A stretch of 64,000 nt of DNA from Podarcis gaigeae (lineage: Eukaryota), in assembly GCA_964106915.2 (NCBI GenBank), contig OZ066916.1; one strand, 5' to 3'. Below, in pieces: positions 60,369 through 64,000 of this stretch (positions are counted from its first letter, which is position 1; every line of letters starts with the position of its first letter). The notes under the pieces were generated by a model. That model saw only the letters and a program-made list of their open reading frames with translations. It searched no databases and had not been told where the DNA came from. Made by a program: the position numbers and the translations under genes.

Positions 60369-60370
60369 GT

Positions 60371-60422
<52 letters not shown>
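60369..60422. repeat. (TG)n(AG)n compound microsatellite
   Basis: Direct. Confidence 0.98.
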
Positions 60423-60427
<5 letters not shown>

Positions 60428-61562
60428 CCCCCAGGACAAATGTTGAAATTCCTTCATATCAAAAACCTTGGGATCTCCATTGCTAGATTCAAGACCCAGC
60501 CCAGCAAGGTAATCAGCTGAGTTAGCTATACTCCATCAGAATTCCTAGTTTTCAAGTGTTGGTGGGTGGGAAGAGATTACTAGCTCTGTACAAAAATAAA
60601 GTTTACTAAGATATTCTTATTGAGAGTAAGAAAAATAATAGCAAAACAGATTTTGGATGAAGCAAGCAGAGCGCCCACTTCATCTCTGGGCAGAAGCTGG
60701 ATCCTGAACAAATTATTCCTTTCTCTCCCCCCCCCCCCTTTTTCTTTTTTGCTGTGGTCTTACTTCCATGAACAAAGAGAATGGCTTTCATTGACCATCA
60801 AAACATGGTAGCAAGCGGTAGATGCTCCTTGGCGTCTTAAGCTTGGGGTCTCATTGGGCCATTAAGCCTCTGTGCTTAATTGCCCACAGTGTCTCAAGAG
60901 AATGCAAATGTGTAACATGACGGTAACCTCCTTTTTGAGTAAATAGGTTTTGATGTGTGCATAGGTGTCAACTTAAGGGCAGTGGCATTGATTTTGACAC
61001 TCAGTGTAGCTGCATGGAAACTGATATGTCATTAGCTCAGGGATATGCCTATGAAGTGCATCTAAACTAAAGAAACACAATAATTTTGGAAAGGGGGAGC
61101 CAGAAAAACTTCCCCATATCAGAAATTGCAGCACCTAATAGTGATTCTGCTACATTCACTAGCATAATACGAAGCCATTTATGTTAAGCTGGAGATAAAT
61201 GAAAATGCCCCTTAATGGTTAGCTCCAACATTCTCAGTGCTAAAAGATTTTGCGTCTAAAATAGCTGTGAAGCCAATCTTCTCTGTCCCAGTAGTCCGGC
61301 CTTGTATTTTCTGAAAAGAAATAACCACATAAGATTCACAAAGGAATGGAACAACATTTCCTGCTTTTTTCAATTTTCACTTCTGGTAGTTTTGGTGTCT
61401 ATAATACTTTCACACTATTAAAATGTTTATGTTGAATATATTGAATAGGAAAAGTGTTGAGCCCCCATCCCTTTTCTGTGTAAGTACTTAAGCGGTAAAT
61501 TTGGCCTTGGCCCTGGCTGCATTCACATGTTTGCAGATAGCATTTAGTTTGCCCTTTATAAA

Positions 61563-62072
61563 TAGGCATGGGCGACGTTATTTGCATTTTAATACGAACT
61601 TACCTAATTTGCACTTCCCAGAACAATGCAGAAACTGAAACACAATTACCCTTTTGAAATTTGTACCTTTCTGAAATTTGTAATGCTGTTTTCGAATCAA
61701 AAAATGGACAGAAAAATGCATATTATTATAGAGAATTATATAGAAAAATATGTGTATTAGTACAAAACACAGTTTATTAAAACATTACTTTCATAAATAT
61801 ATGTATTAAGCAAAATTGCTTAAAAAATGCATACATTGTGAGAAATGAGAACATGATTTGTTATGTACCACTTAATGCCAAAATAGGCTTCTAAGCAGTT
61901 TTGAGAATATAAACACCAGTTTTACAACTTTATTGAAATACACAGTAATTAAAATGTTAGGGTTTTTTGTGCAGACTTCTGTGTCAGTTTACGAATCTGA
62001 GCAAACTAAGCTTCACAACAGGGAAAATGAGAAACTGAGAGAAACAAAAAATGACAGATTTGTCTGTACCTA
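61563..62072. mobile_element. Probable old non-autonomous hAT-like DNA element with AT-rich interior
   Basis: Degenerate termini TAGGCATGGGCGA...TTGTCTGTACCTA and internal AAAATGCATA repeats. Confidence 0.45.
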
Positions 62073-64000
62073 CCTTCAAGCATAATATATACCTTCTAGC
62101 TTCTTCCTGCAAGAAAAGTAGTCCCAGTCAAACATGACATAATTCCGCCATAGTTTGTAGAGATATTTATCTGTTAAGTACAGGGTTGTGCTTTGCTAGA
62201 TTGGGAGCAGCAGCTATGATTGAGCTTTTAAAGGTCTCAATTTGCTTGGAAGTGCTGGAAAGTAAGTGCAGTGGATATACCAAATCCAGTGGCTAGTTTC
62301 TTGGCTTTAGCTGTAATTTTTTTTAGCTTCTTCTTTTACACTCACATTTTTATCATGCGTAATACGTGCAGCAAGGACAAAAAAAAACAAAAAAAACCCT
62401 GCAACCCTCTGGTTCCACCATTAATTAGGTATGCTATTGCTCTGCAGTGGTAAAGTGTCTGTGCTAACAGTATAAAAAAGGTTAGTGAGGCCTTTTATTA
62501 TAAAAACAACTTTGAGAGAGTTTTGTTGTTTCATTTGACCTTTAAGGTGCTCTTTAAGGAGCTCTTTAGTATTTGACTGGTGGCGGGCACCATGTTACCA
62601 ATTCAGCTCTCTTTGGACCTTCTCACTGGAAGGCATGTGATGATGGAACACCGACAAAGGTGCACTCTACATCATAGGTCCTGGCAGTGACAGCGCCCAT
62701 TAATGACACTTTTTTACCCTGCTCACTGCTCAGTTGTACTAATAGAACAGCACATCAAGCAAGGCTGTAAATAAAAGTTATCACCTAATAGGTGGGCACT
62801 GAAGTGGAACGTACAGGAGCTGAGGCATAGAGGCCTTATTACCGCTCATCAGCAATTATAAACAGGATAAAGTGTCCAGGACTTGCACTGACACAGCAAA
62901 GGCTAATATAGGCTGGGAGATGATAATGTACCAAGATAGCATGATGGATGTTGATGGAATTTTACTGTCTCGTTTTGCTGCCTATTTCTGATATCAATTG
63001 TATTATCTCCTCCATATTTCCATATCTTTTTTTCGGCGGGGAGGCAAAATGTGAAAGGATGCTATGCATTTAGTACACTGCACCCCATGGGTTGCATTTA
63101 AAAGATTTGAGGTTACTATCGTTATGGTTACTATACATTAAAAATAACTAACATTGGCAAAGTGTCTGTCGTAGGTCCCCCTGCACCCTAGGATTTTTAT
63201 TTTTATTTTTTGTACTTATGCAAATCTTGTTGATAGCACCTCCTTGGTTCTCAGGAACCCAGTTTGGGTACAATCCTGTCAGCACTCATGAGTTCAGCTT
63301 ACTATTAGAGGAAATGATAGTGTCTACACAAGTGCATAGTGCCCTCCTCCCACCATTAAGCAACCACAGCCAACCAAACTATGTTTCACTATTTACATTA
63401 GTTCTTTGTAGAACTCCATCTGCTGTGTGAGCATGCATGTGCGTCTCTTAACATACAGAGCTTACAGTAACTCAAATTGGAATTGTATCTTGTCTGGTTC
63501 AGTAAGGGGCAGGTTAGAATTCTTTCCAATATTCCCGCACTATATTAGTGTAACATCTCAGAAAATGAAATTGAGCTGCAGCCATGTTTCTGGGGGTGCA
63601 TGGGTCCCACCCCCGTATTTCATTATATTTATGGATCACTTCCTATAAAACACCTTGCAGTGATTTAACCCTTAAAAAAAATACATATATAAAAAGTAAA
63701 ACAATTTCATATATAAAACATTGACATATATAAATGACATATGATGACATTGCAGCAAATATGCTTTTACAAATACAATGTGTGATACTCAGCTTCTTAC
63801 TCATATTAGACCTATTGAAGTTAATGAATATGACTTGGTCAGGTCCATTACTGCCCTGGGTGATGATCACCTATTATCTTTCCTCCTGCACTGCAGCAGA
63901 TGATTTCTAAATCATTTTACTCTGTGCTTTTGTATTAGGTATTCTCTTCAGTTCTACAATAGTTGTGTACAACACTTTTTGTATGCTTAATTATTAATCA

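Noticed and set aside
62630-62830. Box C/D snoRNA (GTGATGA at about 62637)
   Set aside because: No box D with a terminal stem at a plausible distance.
1-64000. Most ORFs in the six-frame track read as genes or an operon
   Set aside because: They are short, mostly begin at non-ATG codons, show no recognisable protein families and lie in introns. Only 46656-46883 (ZFAND3 exon 3) and the CR1-derived ORFs reflect real coding ancestry.

Overview
Vertebrate genomic DNA, not prokaryotic. A Sauria SINE points to a squamate, and the repeat set suggests a lacertid lizard (inference). The whole window lies inside the + strand gene ZFAND3 (A20-like/AN1 zinc finger protein 3). It holds coding exons 2 (3810-3850), 3 (46663-46842) and 4 (59565-59630), separated by GT-AG introns of about 42.8 kb and 12.7 kb. 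The first exon and the AN1-finger exons are outside the window. The introns contain CR1, L2 and L1-clade LINE fragments, Sauria and other tRNA-derived SINEs, hAT and Tc1/mariner-type MITEs, a clean solo LTR, microsatellites and a 132-N assembly gap. Almost all ORFs in the supplied track are spurious. I see no multi-gene novel system. The best leads are a candidate in-frame 27-nt microexon (6710-6736) directly after the N-terminal zinc finger, a TSD-flanked antisense solo LTR next to exon 2, several extremely truncated or tail-only retro-insertions, and repeat-free blocks that look like conserved enhancers. Repeat family names and the human ZFAND3 comparison come from recall, not from a database search.
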